From the IMG/VR virus record IMGVR_UViG_3300012286_000299, positions 1 through 45,276 of that record: a DNA stretch of 45,276 nt. One strand, 5' to 3'. The notes below the pieces were generated by a model, which had not been told where the DNA came from, ran no database searches, and saw only the letters and a program-made list of their open reading frames with translations. The position numbers and the translations under genes were made by a program. Origin of the DNA: a virus. Taxonomy: Duplodnaviria; Heunggongvirae; Uroviricota; Caudoviricetes. Position 1 is the first letter of the stretch. Every line of letters starts with the position of its first letter. Positions 21,701 to 29,925 of this stretch are shown here, piece by piece.

Positions 21701-21817
21701 AGCATACCTTTTGCTTCTGATGCAGCTCAAATAAGTACAGATGTAAATGTTTATATAGATAGATCTAATTATACACCTGCAGCAACTATAAAATTAATTA
21801 TTAATAATATTACATAA
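18779..21817 (+). CDS. Tail fibre / receptor-binding protein with SprB-like repeats
   Basis: 1012 aa, S/T-rich; SNVSCYGGSNGSI, GGTSPYTY, GTYNTFIVDSNGC, GSHTITVRDRNLC resemble SprB-repeat motifs. Confidence 0.7.
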   Translation: MSFSYKTLNSNDISLTSYIANKQWEVNNTTLSQNGVTIYIGENLPINKTNPFDPTNDSQTSNEEYRRLVYDSIKNLYYQNYTSGSLTGRFFKSSSFFNYEQSTLTSGSMLAAHRNIPTMTGSSAIGTNPTLFSSALYSISSSLYDETGFDPDQGSKIVVISIDQNIFGSGLSPKSVIISGSTYNIQDDGEGNLFDTLATSSLYVGNVFYSQGLIVITDQDYLCIFGAPPTTTNDYYSYQNIAYSSQSLQILTNDFADCGNLDPTSVQLMAVPGFSFPNYTINNGVITITPDQTSIIPGNYRLEYTIGNYNGVRSNTSSIDLTITALPLEINNIINPSVCFNSTASIPVTFSINYGVPPYSYSLNNETTYVGVPGFFDKTVSGSMTASLNNIIYVKDYLDNITSQSFSPWYLPISYTTTITKLPCSSTSNDGKITVSDDGTDTAASASIDGGAYFALPKQFNSLSTGSHTITVRDRNLCTTSSIINLEIYTPLTSSVTQSNVSCYGGSNGSISVAFTNVTDTLIVNLTDPDSNPIYDNVNLSSFPNNTVTASGLVTGSYDLNISALGTNQCQNYSNIFTLTSPTPLTLNTTASYIDSCSNAVILNGSGGTSPYTYFAFNTGSGITYSSDSSSVSLDGLNPGTYNTFIVDSNGCSSPTSSIEIFGRNYIYTGSFCELSALVNTGYVSSSGIQQVFTSGIYSGSVVTSSYSNGTTLFGPTINFTEFFTSGTLDIISVCNGSPYYRYYQNTTQCSPPTFCIAPTLLTADPVNCLDQVNWTSSYTVTYDSSSNSSSYTVVQYSTNNSFTSPLVTKIITNPSTGSLTVNTVADLGIYTTPTSNIYFRAYNSCSNGATSSWSNIISASCIEPPTPEYSPLTIQFTNKSYESVRYTYNGTSYLVSNNGVRTFTSSLVEFGLDFTIVGSSHYPGVADENGYYVYNMVVSGSNILLGNISTAVTPQVDSGNYPSSLIPSYTPASSIPFASDAAQISTDVNVYIDRSNYTPAATIKLIINNIT

Positions 21818-22122
21818 TGGCTGCTATAGTACAAGACCCAAATGCTACTTTAAGTTTTAAAAATGAGCATATTATTTATGAACAAGAAGTTCGTTGTAAA
21901 GTAGGTGAAAATGATTTTAACATGTCTATGAACCCCACAATATCAACAGATAATTCAGGTTCATTAAGAGATTTTGCTACAAGTTCATCTTTTGCTCCAT
22001 ATGTTACAACAGTAGGATTATATAATAATAGAAATGAATTGTTAGCAGTAGCTAAATTAGCTCAACCTATTCCTCTTTCTTCAACAACAGATACAGTTTT
22101 TGTAGTAAAATACGATATTTAG
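21817..22122 (+). CDS. Stand-alone C-terminal baseplate module, paralog of the 17729-18775 C-terminus
   Basis: DFNMSMNPT…YVTTVGLYNNRNELLAVAKLAQPIP. Confidence 0.75.
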   Translation: MAAIVQDPNATLSFKNEHIIYEQEVRCKVGENDFNMSMNPTISTDNSGSLRDFATSSSFAPYVTTVGLYNNRNELLAVAKLAQPIPLSSTTDTVFVVKYDI

Positions 22123-22138
22123 AATAAAAATATAAATT

Positions 22139-22600
22139 ATGGTTACAAACCCAACTTGGATTCACAAAGGTAAAGTAATAACAGAAATATCAGATATGCC
22201 CGAAAATACTTTCGGGTTTATCTATGAAGTAACACATTTACCAACAGGAAGAAAATACCTAGGAAAAAAACAATTACTATCGGTTCAAAATAAAGCTTTA
22301 GGTAAAAAAGAATTAGCTTTAATTACTGATAAAAGATTAAGTAAGAAAAAAACAGTTATAAAAGAATCTGATTGGAAAACTTACTATGGCTCTCAAGCTG
22401 AAATAAAACAGTTAATAAAAGAGGGGAATAAAGAAGATTTCAAACGTGAAATACTATGTTTTGTCCCTACTAAAAAGTTATTAACTTATTACGAAACAAA
22501 ATATTTGTTTGTAAATGAGGTACTTGAAAAATCCGATCAATATATTAATGATAATATTCTTGGAAAATTCTTTAGAAAAGATTTTGATGCCCTAAAATAA
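22139..22600 (+). CDS. GIY-YIG (Seg-like) endonuclease family protein
   Basis: FGFIYEVT..PTGRKYLGKK…YYGS…FKREIL…YYE…N.NI. Confidence 0.75.
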   Translation: MVTNPTWIHKGKVITEISDMPENTFGFIYEVTHLPTGRKYLGKKQLLSVQNKALGKKELALITDKRLSKKKTVIKESDWKTYYGSQAEIKQLIKEGNKEDFKREILCFVPTKKLLTYYETKYLFVNEVLEKSDQYINDNILGKFFRKDFDALK

Positions 22601-22613
22601 TTTCATATATTAT
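22583..22613 (+). promoter_or_regulatory. Putative host-type promoter TTTG-N19-TATATTAT
   Basis: Same spacing and TTCNTAYATT core as the other sites; upstream of the primase operon. Confidence 0.45.
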
Positions 22614-22630
22614 AATAAAACCCTCTAATC

Positions 22631-22783
22631 ATGAAACGTTACAGCCTATATAACAAAAATTCAAATGAAGCTATTAATTCTATTAAATCAGCATCTTTAG
22701 AAGGAGCTATATTATTTTTTGCTTCTCAAAAAAGATTAATGTTGAATATATTTAATGAGTTGTTTGACGTAAGAGAATCCTAA
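22631..22783 (+). CDS. Small hypothetical protein (50 aa), not in ORF track
   Basis: ATG 22631 to TAA 22781-22783 (MKRYSLYNKNSNEAINSIKSASLEGAILFFASQKRL…LFDVRES). Confidence 0.6.
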   Translation: MKRYSLYNKNSNEAINSIKSASLEGAILFFASQKRLMLNIFNELFDVRES

Positions 22784-22798
22784 ATAAAAAATAAGGTT

Positions 22799-23731
22799 AT
22801 GGTAAATGGAATATTATTAGGTCTAGTACAATCAGTACTAGGTAAAGGCAATGCTACCTCTAAAGGTAACTATGCCTTTCACTGCCCTCTATGTAATCAT
22901 AGAAAACCCAAATTAGAAATAAATCTAGTTCCTACTACTAAAAATGAAAATCCTTGGCATTGTTGGGCATGTGATGTTAAAGGTAAAACTATATCTTCTT
23001 TATTTAAAGCTGTAAAAGTAGAAGGAAATAAATGCTCTGAATTAAATTCTATATTAGGTACTACAACAAAGATAGATCAATCTGAATTTAATCTTAGCGT
23101 AGAATTACCGAAGGAATATAAACCCCTATATAATATATCAAAAACAGATATTATTGCAAAACACGCGTTATTTTACGTTAAAAAACGTGGTATAACTCCT
23201 ACCGACATACTTAAATATCAAATAGGTTATTGTGAGACTGGAAGATATGCTAATAAAATTATTATACCTAATTATGATTCTAAAGGTAAGTTAAATTATT
23301 TTATAGCTCGTTCTTTTGAAAAAGATCCTGCTAAAAAATTTGATGCTATATCTGCTGATAAAAATTCAATAATAGGATTTGAAAATTTAATAAATTGGGA
23401 TTTACCTGTTGTACTTTGTGAAGGAGCATTTGATGCTATAGCTATTAAAAGAAATGCCATACCTTTATATGGTAAAACCCTATCAAAACAATTAACTAAA
23501 AAATTATTAACAAACGATATAAAAGATATTTACTTAGCTTTAGATAATGATGCCTTAAAAAGTACACTTAAAATAGCTGAGGATCTGTTAAAATCAGGAA
23601 AAAAATTACATGTTGTACAATTAGATGGTAAAGATCCAAGTGATATGGGATTTGAACATTTTACTCATTTAATCCAAACTTCAGAAGAATTTACATTTTC
23701 TGATCTTTTTTCACTTAAATTAGAATTATAA
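22799..23731 (+). CDS. dnaG: DNA primase (zinc-binding domain + TOPRIM)
   Basis: CPLC…WHCWAC Zn finger; LCEGAFDA and LALDND TOPRIM motifs; KDPSD. Confidence 0.92.
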   Translation: MVNGILLGLVQSVLGKGNATSKGNYAFHCPLCNHRKPKLEINLVPTTKNENPWHCWACDVKGKTISSLFKAVKVEGNKCSELNSILGTTTKIDQSEFNLSVELPKEYKPLYNISKTDIIAKHALFYVKKRGITPTDILKYQIGYCETGRYANKIIIPNYDSKGKLNYFIARSFEKDPAKKFDAISADKNSIIGFENLINWDLPVVLCEGAFDAIAIKRNAIPLYGKTLSKQLTKKLLTNDIKDIYLALDNDALKSTLKIAEDLLKSGKKLHVVQLDGKDPSDMGFEHFTHLIQTSEEFTFSDLFSLKLEL

Positions 23732-24495
23732 TGAAACAATCTTATGACAGAATTCTTCAGATATCTGAGGATCATCAACAAATTACTTTACCCGATTCAA
23801 GGTATTATCAAAGAAATGGAGAATATTATCCATCAATTACTCATGTTCTATCATATTATCCTAAGGGTAAACATTTTGAAGATTGGTTAAAACAAGTAGG
23901 GTATGCTTCAGAATATATAGTTAAAAAAGCAGCTGAAGATGGTACTCAAGTACACAATTTATGTGAAGACTATTTAAATGGTAAAGAATGTGGTTTTTTA
24001 GATCAATATAATAAACCTAAATTTTCCCCTGAAGTTTGGAAAATGTTTTTACGTTTTGTAGAGTTTTGGGAAACATACAAACCCAAATTAATAGAAACTG
24101 AAGTTCATTTATTTTCAGATGAAGAAAAAGTAGCTGGTACTTGTGACTTAATAGTTGAAATTAATGGTGAATTATGGATATTAGATATTAAAACTTCTAA
24201 TAGTTTAAAATTAACATATGATTTACAAACAGCTATTTACGGTAAATGTTATGAAGAATGTTACAACATAAAACCTCAACGTTTTGGAATACTTTGGTTA
24301 AAATCAGCTAAGAGAGGTGCTGATAAATCAAATAAAAAAATGCAAGGTAAAGGGTGGGAAGTATATGAATCTGATAGAACTCAACAAGAAAATTTAGATA
24401 TTTTCAAATGTGTTAAAACCTTATTTGATTTAGAAAATCCTAATCCTAAACCAAACATCGAAGAATTAAAAACCGTAATTAAAAGAGAGGTATAA
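23731..24495 (+). CDS. PD-(D/E)XK exonuclease (Cas4/RecB-like phage nuclease)
   Basis: YPSITHVL, GTQVH, ETE…AGTCD…ILDIKTS…LQTAIY. Confidence 0.85.
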   Translation: MKQSYDRILQISEDHQQITLPDSRYYQRNGEYYPSITHVLSYYPKGKHFEDWLKQVGYASEYIVKKAAEDGTQVHNLCEDYLNGKECGFLDQYNKPKFSPEVWKMFLRFVEFWETYKPKLIETEVHLFSDEEKVAGTCDLIVEINGELWILDIKTSNSLKLTYDLQTAIYGKCYEECYNIKPQRFGILWLKSAKRGADKSNKKMQGKGWEVYESDRTQQENLDIFKCVKTLFDLENPNPKPNIEELKTVIKREV

Positions 24496-24504
24496 ATATT
24501 TATA
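24491..24504 (+). promoter_or_regulatory. Putative late promoter within palindrome TATAAATATTTATA
   Basis: Perfect 14-bp palindrome containing the motif; before ATG 24529. Confidence 0.6.
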
Positions 24505-24528
24505 TTAGTCACATAATTATAACACCTC

Positions 24529-24966
24529 ATGGAAGTAAGAATTAAAAAACCTAAAATAACTAAACCTAAAAAAGATTCTTTTAAATATAGAGGAGGACCC
24601 TTATTACATGAAGGGTTTACTCCTCAAAAAGCACCATTAATGAAGAAATTTGTTAATTATGCTTGTGATAGATTAAATATAGATTCTCCTAAGGTTTTTA
24701 TTATTAATTCACCTTCATATTCACAAGAAAATAAAAGCTTTGGTGGTTACCACCCACAAGAACGAGAAATAAAAGTAGTAGTTCATAATAGAAATATGGC
24801 TGATATTTTAAGAACTTTGGCTCATGAATTAGTTCATCATATGCAAAATTTAAACGGTGATGAATTAAATGGAGAAGATGGTTCAAATAGTGAAAATGAA
24901 GCTAATTCTATGGCGGGAATATTAATGAGAGAATTTGGACGTGAGAATCCTGAAATATTTGAATAA
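24529..24966 (+). CDS. Zincin-like metallopeptidase (HExxH)
   Basis: RTLAHELVHHMQ plus downstream ENEAN. Confidence 0.8.
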   Translation: MEVRIKKPKITKPKKDSFKYRGGPLLHEGFTPQKAPLMKKFVNYACDRLNIDSPKVFIINSPSYSQENKSFGGYHPQEREIKVVVHNRNMADILRTLAHELVHHMQNLNGDELNGEDGSNSENEANSMAGILMREFGRENPEIFE

Positions 24967-25506
24967 ATGATATCAATAAACAAGTTATTTGAAGAAGATA
25001 AACCAAAAATAAATTATCAAATCTACTGTGATATGGACGGTGTTCTTTGCGACTTTGAAGGTCGTTTTGAACACTTTACTGGTCTATCTCCTGATCAATA
25101 TAGAGAAAAAGCTAAAAGAGAATATGGAGATAAAAAGGCAGATGAAAAGTTTTGGGATATAATAGACCATCAAATTGGTTTAAGATTTTGGAGAGGAATG
25201 CCCTGGATGCCCGAAGGTAAAGAGTTATGGACTTATATTAAACCTTATAAACCAACTTTACTTACTGCTCCCTCATGGCACAATTCAAGTAAAGAAGGAA
25301 AAAAATTATGGGTTGAAGACCATATATCGGGAACACCTATAATATTCAAACAAGCTGATAAAAAAGCAGATTTATCAGGCCCTAATAAAATTCTTATAGA
25401 TGATAGAGAAGATACTATCATGAATTGGAAACATAAAAATGGTATTGGAATTTTATATACTTCAACTGAACAAGCAATAAACGAATTAAAACAATTAGGA
25501 ATATAA
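24967..25506 (+). CDS. HAD-family 5'(3')-deoxyribonucleotidase-like phosphatase
   Basis: CDMDGVLCDF (motif I), LLTAP, K..W, ILIDDR (motif IV). Confidence 0.85.
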   Translation: MISINKLFEEDKPKINYQIYCDMDGVLCDFEGRFEHFTGLSPDQYREKAKREYGDKKADEKFWDIIDHQIGLRFWRGMPWMPEGKELWTYIKPYKPTLLTAPSWHNSSKEGKKLWVEDHISGTPIIFKQADKKADLSGPNKILIDDREDTIMNWKHKNGIGILYTSTEQAINELKQLGI

Positions 25507-25509
25507 GTT

Positions 25510-26082
25510 ATGTCAACACAATTAAATAGAGAATTCGAAGAAAGAGATATTCAAAGAATGAGAAATATCATTTCAGGTCAAACTGGAAATTCTACTAGAA
25601 TTCAAGCTGGTTATAGTAAAGATAAAGTAAACCATATTGAAGGTGATATATGGGAAGAAAACGGTAAAACTTGGACTATAAAAAATGGTCTTAAACAAAC
25701 TGTCACCAAACATGATGCTTTAAAGGCAATGGTTGAATTTCCACTTACTTGCCCATGTTGTTCTAAACCAATGAAAGATTTTCATTTAAATAGAAAAATG
25801 TATAATATACATCAAAAATGTTTTGATTGTGTTATTGAAATGGAAGGTAAATTAAGAATAAGTGGTGAGTATGAAGCATATGAAAGAAAAATACTAAATG
25901 CTAATAAAAATGCTACTATAGATGATGCTGAACAGATGTTTGATGAATATTTTAATTCTAAAAATGAAACATATGTTACTGAAGCAGGTGATATAGAAAA
26001 GTGGGATGGTGGTAGCATTGATCCTGAAGTTATAAAAATGATCAAAAATAACATAAAACGGCTAAGAAACTTAGAAATATAA
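25510..26082 (+). CDS. Hypothetical protein with zinc-binding motif
   Basis: CPCC…CFDC. Confidence 0.7.
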   Translation: MSTQLNREFEERDIQRMRNIISGQTGNSTRIQAGYSKDKVNHIEGDIWEENGKTWTIKNGLKQTVTKHDALKAMVEFPLTCPCCSKPMKDFHLNRKMYNIHQKCFDCVIEMEGKLRISGEYEAYERKILNANKNATIDDAEQMFDEYFNSKNETYVTEAGDIEKWDGGSIDPEVIKMIKNNIKRLRNLEI

Positions 26083-26091
26083 ATATTTATA
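26078..26091 (+). promoter_or_regulatory. Putative late promoter within palindrome TATAAATATTTATA
   Basis: Second copy of the 14-bp palindrome; before ATG 26106. Confidence 0.6.
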
Positions 26092-26105
26092 TCAAAACTA
26101 AACTC

Positions 26106-26678
26106 ATGAAAAACCAAACTTTAAAAAACATAATTAAAGAAAGCATTACGGATTATCTATCAGAATTAAATTCAATTAATGAAGAAGAAACAACTGGAGA
26201 AACAACTAAAGAAGCTCCAAAAGAGTCATTAACATCTACTCCTGGTTTAATGTTTGAAGATAAAGTAACTAAAGACAATCATATTTACCTAGTTAAAAAA
26301 GCAATGAATGAATCTACTGAAAAAGATTTAGTAGAGAAAAAACTTTTATTGGATTTAATAGGTGAAGGATTATATGAAGGGGCTTATTTAAATGAAGCTG
26401 CTGCTATGAATGCTGCTAAAAAATCTATTAAAAGCAAAGACGTTTTAATGAAAGAAAATGTTAAAAAAGGTCAAGCTAAAATAGGTGGTTTAGAAAAACA
26501 AATAGTTACTTTAAAAGCACAAATGCAAAAGTTAATTGATAATCCTGAAATGAGAGGTGAATTAGCTGGATATACTGCTAAATTAGAAAAAGCTGAGCAA
26601 GTATTAGAAAAATTAAAAGCAGCTATAGAAAAATCATCTCCTAAAAAAGAAAAGAAAGAGAAAAAAGATGATAAATAA
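26106..26678 (+). CDS. Hypothetical (putative internal head) protein
   Basis: LKNIIKESITDYLSE leader; coiled-coil C-terminus. Confidence 0.65.
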   Translation: MKNQTLKNIIKESITDYLSELNSINEEETTGETTKEAPKESLTSTPGLMFEDKVTKDNHIYLVKKAMNESTEKDLVEKKLLLDLIGEGLYEGAYLNEAAAMNAAKKSIKSKDVLMKENVKKGQAKIGGLEKQIVTLKAQMQKLIDNPEMRGELAGYTAKLEKAEQVLEKLKAAIEKSSPKKEKKEKKDDK

Positions 26679-28128
26679 TACTGAAACCTTTAAAAAATAT
26701 CTTTATAAATTAATTAAGGAAGAACTTGAGGATGAAAATCCTGAAGAAAATCCTACGGGAGATGTATCCTTAAAAGATATTACTATTGGTTGGAGTATTA
26801 TAACAGATGATCCTGATAAAGTAGAAACTGCTATTAATAATTTAGATAATTATGGTGATAAACAAAGACAAGCTGTTACCATAGCTCAATATATTAAGAA
26901 AGCAGCAGGTGATGAATCTAAAGCAATGAAACTTGTACCTTCGGGTAATGCAGCTGGTCGTAATAATATTGTTAAATGGTCTTTAACTAATGTTTGGGCT
27001 AAATTAAATAAAAAGGAACGTTTAACTAAATTAAACCAAGTATTTAAAGCCTATAAAGATGAAGGTGTAGATATTGGGGAAGATTTAAGAAAAACTATTT
27101 TAAAATTTGATCAAGAAGCAGATATATCAGATGATACTAAGTTAAAAGAATACATTTCTAATTTAGAAGCTAGTAATCCTATTTTTACTAAAGTAGGTCC
27201 TGCTGGAACTAATATTGGTTATCCTATATTTAAAAAAGGATATTTTTATCCTATACACACACAAAAAAGTCTTGATAGATCTCCATTAAGAAAAGATTTT
27301 GAATATACTATTGAAGATAAAGATGGTAAATCTGAATTTATTTTCTTAGTAAAAAACAATCCATTAGCTGATCTTAATATGGCAAATGCTGATGCTTATA
27401 GAGACTTACTTAAAAAGATAGCGAAAGGTTCTGATGAGAAATTAAATACTTTATCTAAACAAGTATTCTCTGATACAGGAGAAGATGCTAATACAACAAT
27501 ATCAGCTCCTATTAAAGAACCTTCATCTGAATCTACTAATTTTGTTAAAACATTTACTGATGATGAAGGAGAACCTGATGAAGATAGTGCTGATAAATTC
27601 TACGCTATAATATTTGGGGATTTCCCTGATGCCGAAATCACAGATAATAAAATATCAGTTAATGGTATAACACCTGCTGAAAAAAAGGATTTAATTAATA
27701 GATATTTAAAATTCCAACAATCCAATAAACTTTACGAAAATAAACCAACAATGAAAGAATCAATCCAAGAACAAATTAAACAAGCTGTAGTAGAAGTTCT
27801 TCAAGAGAAAAAATTAACTCCTGCTCAACTTAAAAAAAGAAATAAAGAAGCCGAAATTATTAAAAAGAAAAATCCTAAAATGGATAAAGGTGAGGCTTTT
27901 GCTATTGCCACTAAACATTTAAAAGAAGGAGAAGGAGATACATCAATGGATGATATTTTATTAGCTTTTCAAGCTGCTTTAGATATTGAAGATGATGTTA
28001 AACAAGATGAAGCTTTAAAAGCAGTTTATAATGAGTTAAAAAACAAGGTAAAAACTGGAGCTAGTAATTTGTATCAAAAAGCTAGAACAAGTTTTGCTAA
28101 AAGTCAAGGTATAGATTTAGATGAGTAA
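26668..28128 (+). CDS. Hypothetical modular (putative internal head) protein
   Basis: LYKLIKEELE leader; second internal leader-like segment MKESIQEQIKQAVVEVLQE. Confidence 0.65.
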   Translation: MINNTETFKKYLYKLIKEELEDENPEENPTGDVSLKDITIGWSIITDDPDKVETAINNLDNYGDKQRQAVTIAQYIKKAAGDESKAMKLVPSGNAAGRNNIVKWSLTNVWAKLNKKERLTKLNQVFKAYKDEGVDIGEDLRKTILKFDQEADISDDTKLKEYISNLEASNPIFTKVGPAGTNIGYPIFKKGYFYPIHTQKSLDRSPLRKDFEYTIEDKDGKSEFIFLVKNNPLADLNMANADAYRDLLKKIAKGSDEKLNTLSKQVFSDTGEDANTTISAPIKEPSSESTNFVKTFTDDEGEPDEDSADKFYAIIFGDFPDAEITDNKISVNGITPAEKKDLINRYLKFQQSNKLYENKPTMKESIQEQIKQAVVEVLQEKKLTPAQLKKRNKEAEIIKKKNPKMDKGEAFAIATKHLKEGEGDTSMDDILLAFQAALDIEDDVKQDEALKAVYNELKNKVKTGASNLYQKARTSFAKSQGIDLDE

Positions 28129-28939
28129 TTTAGATATAAAATTCTTAATTAGAGAAACTTTAGAATTAATATTACAAGAAGATAATTCAAAACAACTTCA
28201 AGAAAATGTTTTATTAACTGAAGATAAAGTCTCTAAAAATTTACAATACCATTTAGATAAAGGCATTCCATTACATGAGAATGCTTTTAGATATGGTACT
28301 GAAGCACAACTCCAACTATTTAAGGAGGTTAGAAAACTTTACAATGAAGAAAAGTTATATCTAAATCCTGAAGATAGATGGTTAGTTGAAAATACTGACA
28401 TTGGAAACTATGGTTTATTTGAAGGGCAATTTGTAGCTTTAGATGTACCAATGATTGAAGAAGAAACTAATCCAACTGATACTATCACTATGGATGTTCC
28501 TTTATTTATTCGTATGTTAGAGTACGCTAGGGAAGATGCTAAAACAGACATGGATTTACATGATGTGACAGAAAAAGCGCTTGCTTTAAGTACTAATGGT
28601 GATACGCTAACTATGGCGAATTATGAGAGTATTGCCGGTAAATCGCTGGATGAAGCGGAATATCAAGGTAAAGAAGTATCACTTGGAAAACCTAAACGTG
28701 GGGGTTCTAAAAAATTCTATGTTTATGTTAAAGACGGAGATAAAGTTAAGAAAGTAAATTTTGGAGATACAACTGGCCTTTCAACTAAAATAAATAATCC
28801 TAAAGCTAGAAAGGCATTTGCCGCTCGTCAAAATTGTGATAAGAAAAAAGATAGAACTACTCCTGGATATTGGTCTTGTAATATAGGTCGTTATTGGAAA
28901 TCATTAGGAGGAAGTTCAAATTTTAGTGGATATTGGTAA
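28121..28939 (+). CDS. Hypothetical modular protein (three modules)
   Basis: IKFLIRETLELILQE leader; C-terminal basic module AEYQGKEVSLGKPKRGGSKKFYVYVK…YWSC. Confidence 0.7.
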   Translation: MSNLDIKFLIRETLELILQEDNSKQLQENVLLTEDKVSKNLQYHLDKGIPLHENAFRYGTEAQLQLFKEVRKLYNEEKLYLNPEDRWLVENTDIGNYGLFEGQFVALDVPMIEEETNPTDTITMDVPLFIRMLEYAREDAKTDMDLHDVTEKALALSTNGDTLTMANYESIAGKSLDEAEYQGKEVSLGKPKRGGSKKFYVYVKDGDKVKKVNFGDTTGLSTKINNPKARKAFAARQNCDKKKDRTTPGYWSCNIGRYWKSLGGSSNFSGYW

Positions 28940-29298
28940 TGGAAAACCTAAACGAAGATAGATGCAAACGTATAGCTGATCGTAGGTATGATAAACCATC
29001 TGCCTATAAATCTGGTGCTATTGTACGTTGTCGTAAAGGTGATATTTGGAAGGGTTTAAAAGAAGTTATATTAGAATTACTTCAAGAAGATGAATCACTT
29101 CATAAATGGTTTAATCGTTCAGGTCCTAAAGGTAAAGAAAAAGGATGGGTAGATTGTAATGCACCTGATGGGAAGGGTGGATATAAAGCTTGTGGAAGGA
29201 AAGAAGGTGAAAAACGTTCTAAATATCCGGCTTGTAGACCTACTCCTGCTGGATGTAAACGTAAAGGTAAAGGCAAAACTTGGGGCAAAACAAAATAA
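28933..29298 (+). CDS. Basic Cys-containing modular hypothetical protein
   Basis: Two K/R/C-rich modules separated by LKEVILELLQEDE. Confidence 0.65.
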   Translation: MVMENLNEDRCKRIADRRYDKPSAYKSGAIVRCRKGDIWKGLKEVILELLQEDESLHKWFNRSGPKGKEKGWVDCNAPDGKGGYKACGRKEGEKRSKYPACRPTPAGCKRKGKGKTWGKTK

Positions 29299-29314
29299 TA
29301 AAAATAAATAACTC

Positions 29315-29656
29315 ATGATAAAATTAAATAATTTATTAAACGAATCCCAGGATAAAATTTACCATTTAAATGGAGTTCTTATAACTGATGGTTCAATACG
29401 AAATCAAAAAGATATTTTATCTGACATTCGTTCTTTACCTGCAGTTACTGTTGTGCGTAGTAGAGAAATGGAAGATGACCCTACTTCGAAGTATGATAGA
29501 AGTAGATTAGAAATAAAAATAGATCCATATCCATATGTTAAACAAGATAAGTTTGATGGTTCATCTACTCTACAAAAAATATCAGATGATATTAAAAAAA
29601 TTCCTGGAGTAATAGGATTTAGAGGAACTAGTGATGCACCTCCTACTGAAGTATAA
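29315..29656 (+). CDS. Hypothetical protein
   Basis: MIKLNNLLNE leader followed by a small alpha/beta domain. Confidence 0.65.
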   Translation: MIKLNNLLNESQDKIYHLNGVLITDGSIRNQKDILSDIRSLPAVTVVRSREMEDDPTSKYDRSRLEIKIDPYPYVKQDKFDGSSTLQKISDDIKKIPGVIGFRGTSDAPPTEV

Positions 29657-29925
29657 TGAAACCCTATCAAGAAGTTATAAGTGATGATAATTCTCGTTTA
29701 CGTGAGTTTAAAATTAATGTAGATGATGATGAATTGCAATGGCATAGAGATGAAAAAGATCGCTATGTTACTATATTAGAAGGAGAAGATTGGCAATTTC
29801 AAAGAGATAATGAATTACCCTTTACTCTTAAAAAAGGAGATACTATATTTATAGCTAAGGAAACTTATCATAGAATATTAAAAGGTTCCTCAAATTTACT
29901 AATTAATATAAAAGAAGAATGTTAG
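29656..29925 (+). CDS. Cupin-fold protein
   Basis: WHRD….V.ILEG…W.FQ…LKKGDTIFI…YHRI. Confidence 0.75.
   Translation: MKPYQEVISDDNSRLREFKINVDDDELQWHRDEKDRYVTILEGEDWQFQRDNELPFTLKKGDTIFIAKETYHRILKGSSNLLINIKEEC

Noticed and set aside
18779-21817. Diversity-generating retroelement target in the fibre gene
   Set aside because: No reverse transcriptase or template/variable repeat pair is visible in the window.
23731-24495. Cas4-like nuclease as evidence of CRISPR
   Set aside because: No repeat-spacer array or other cas genes seen, no clear four-Cys Fe-S motif, and it sits in a replication context.
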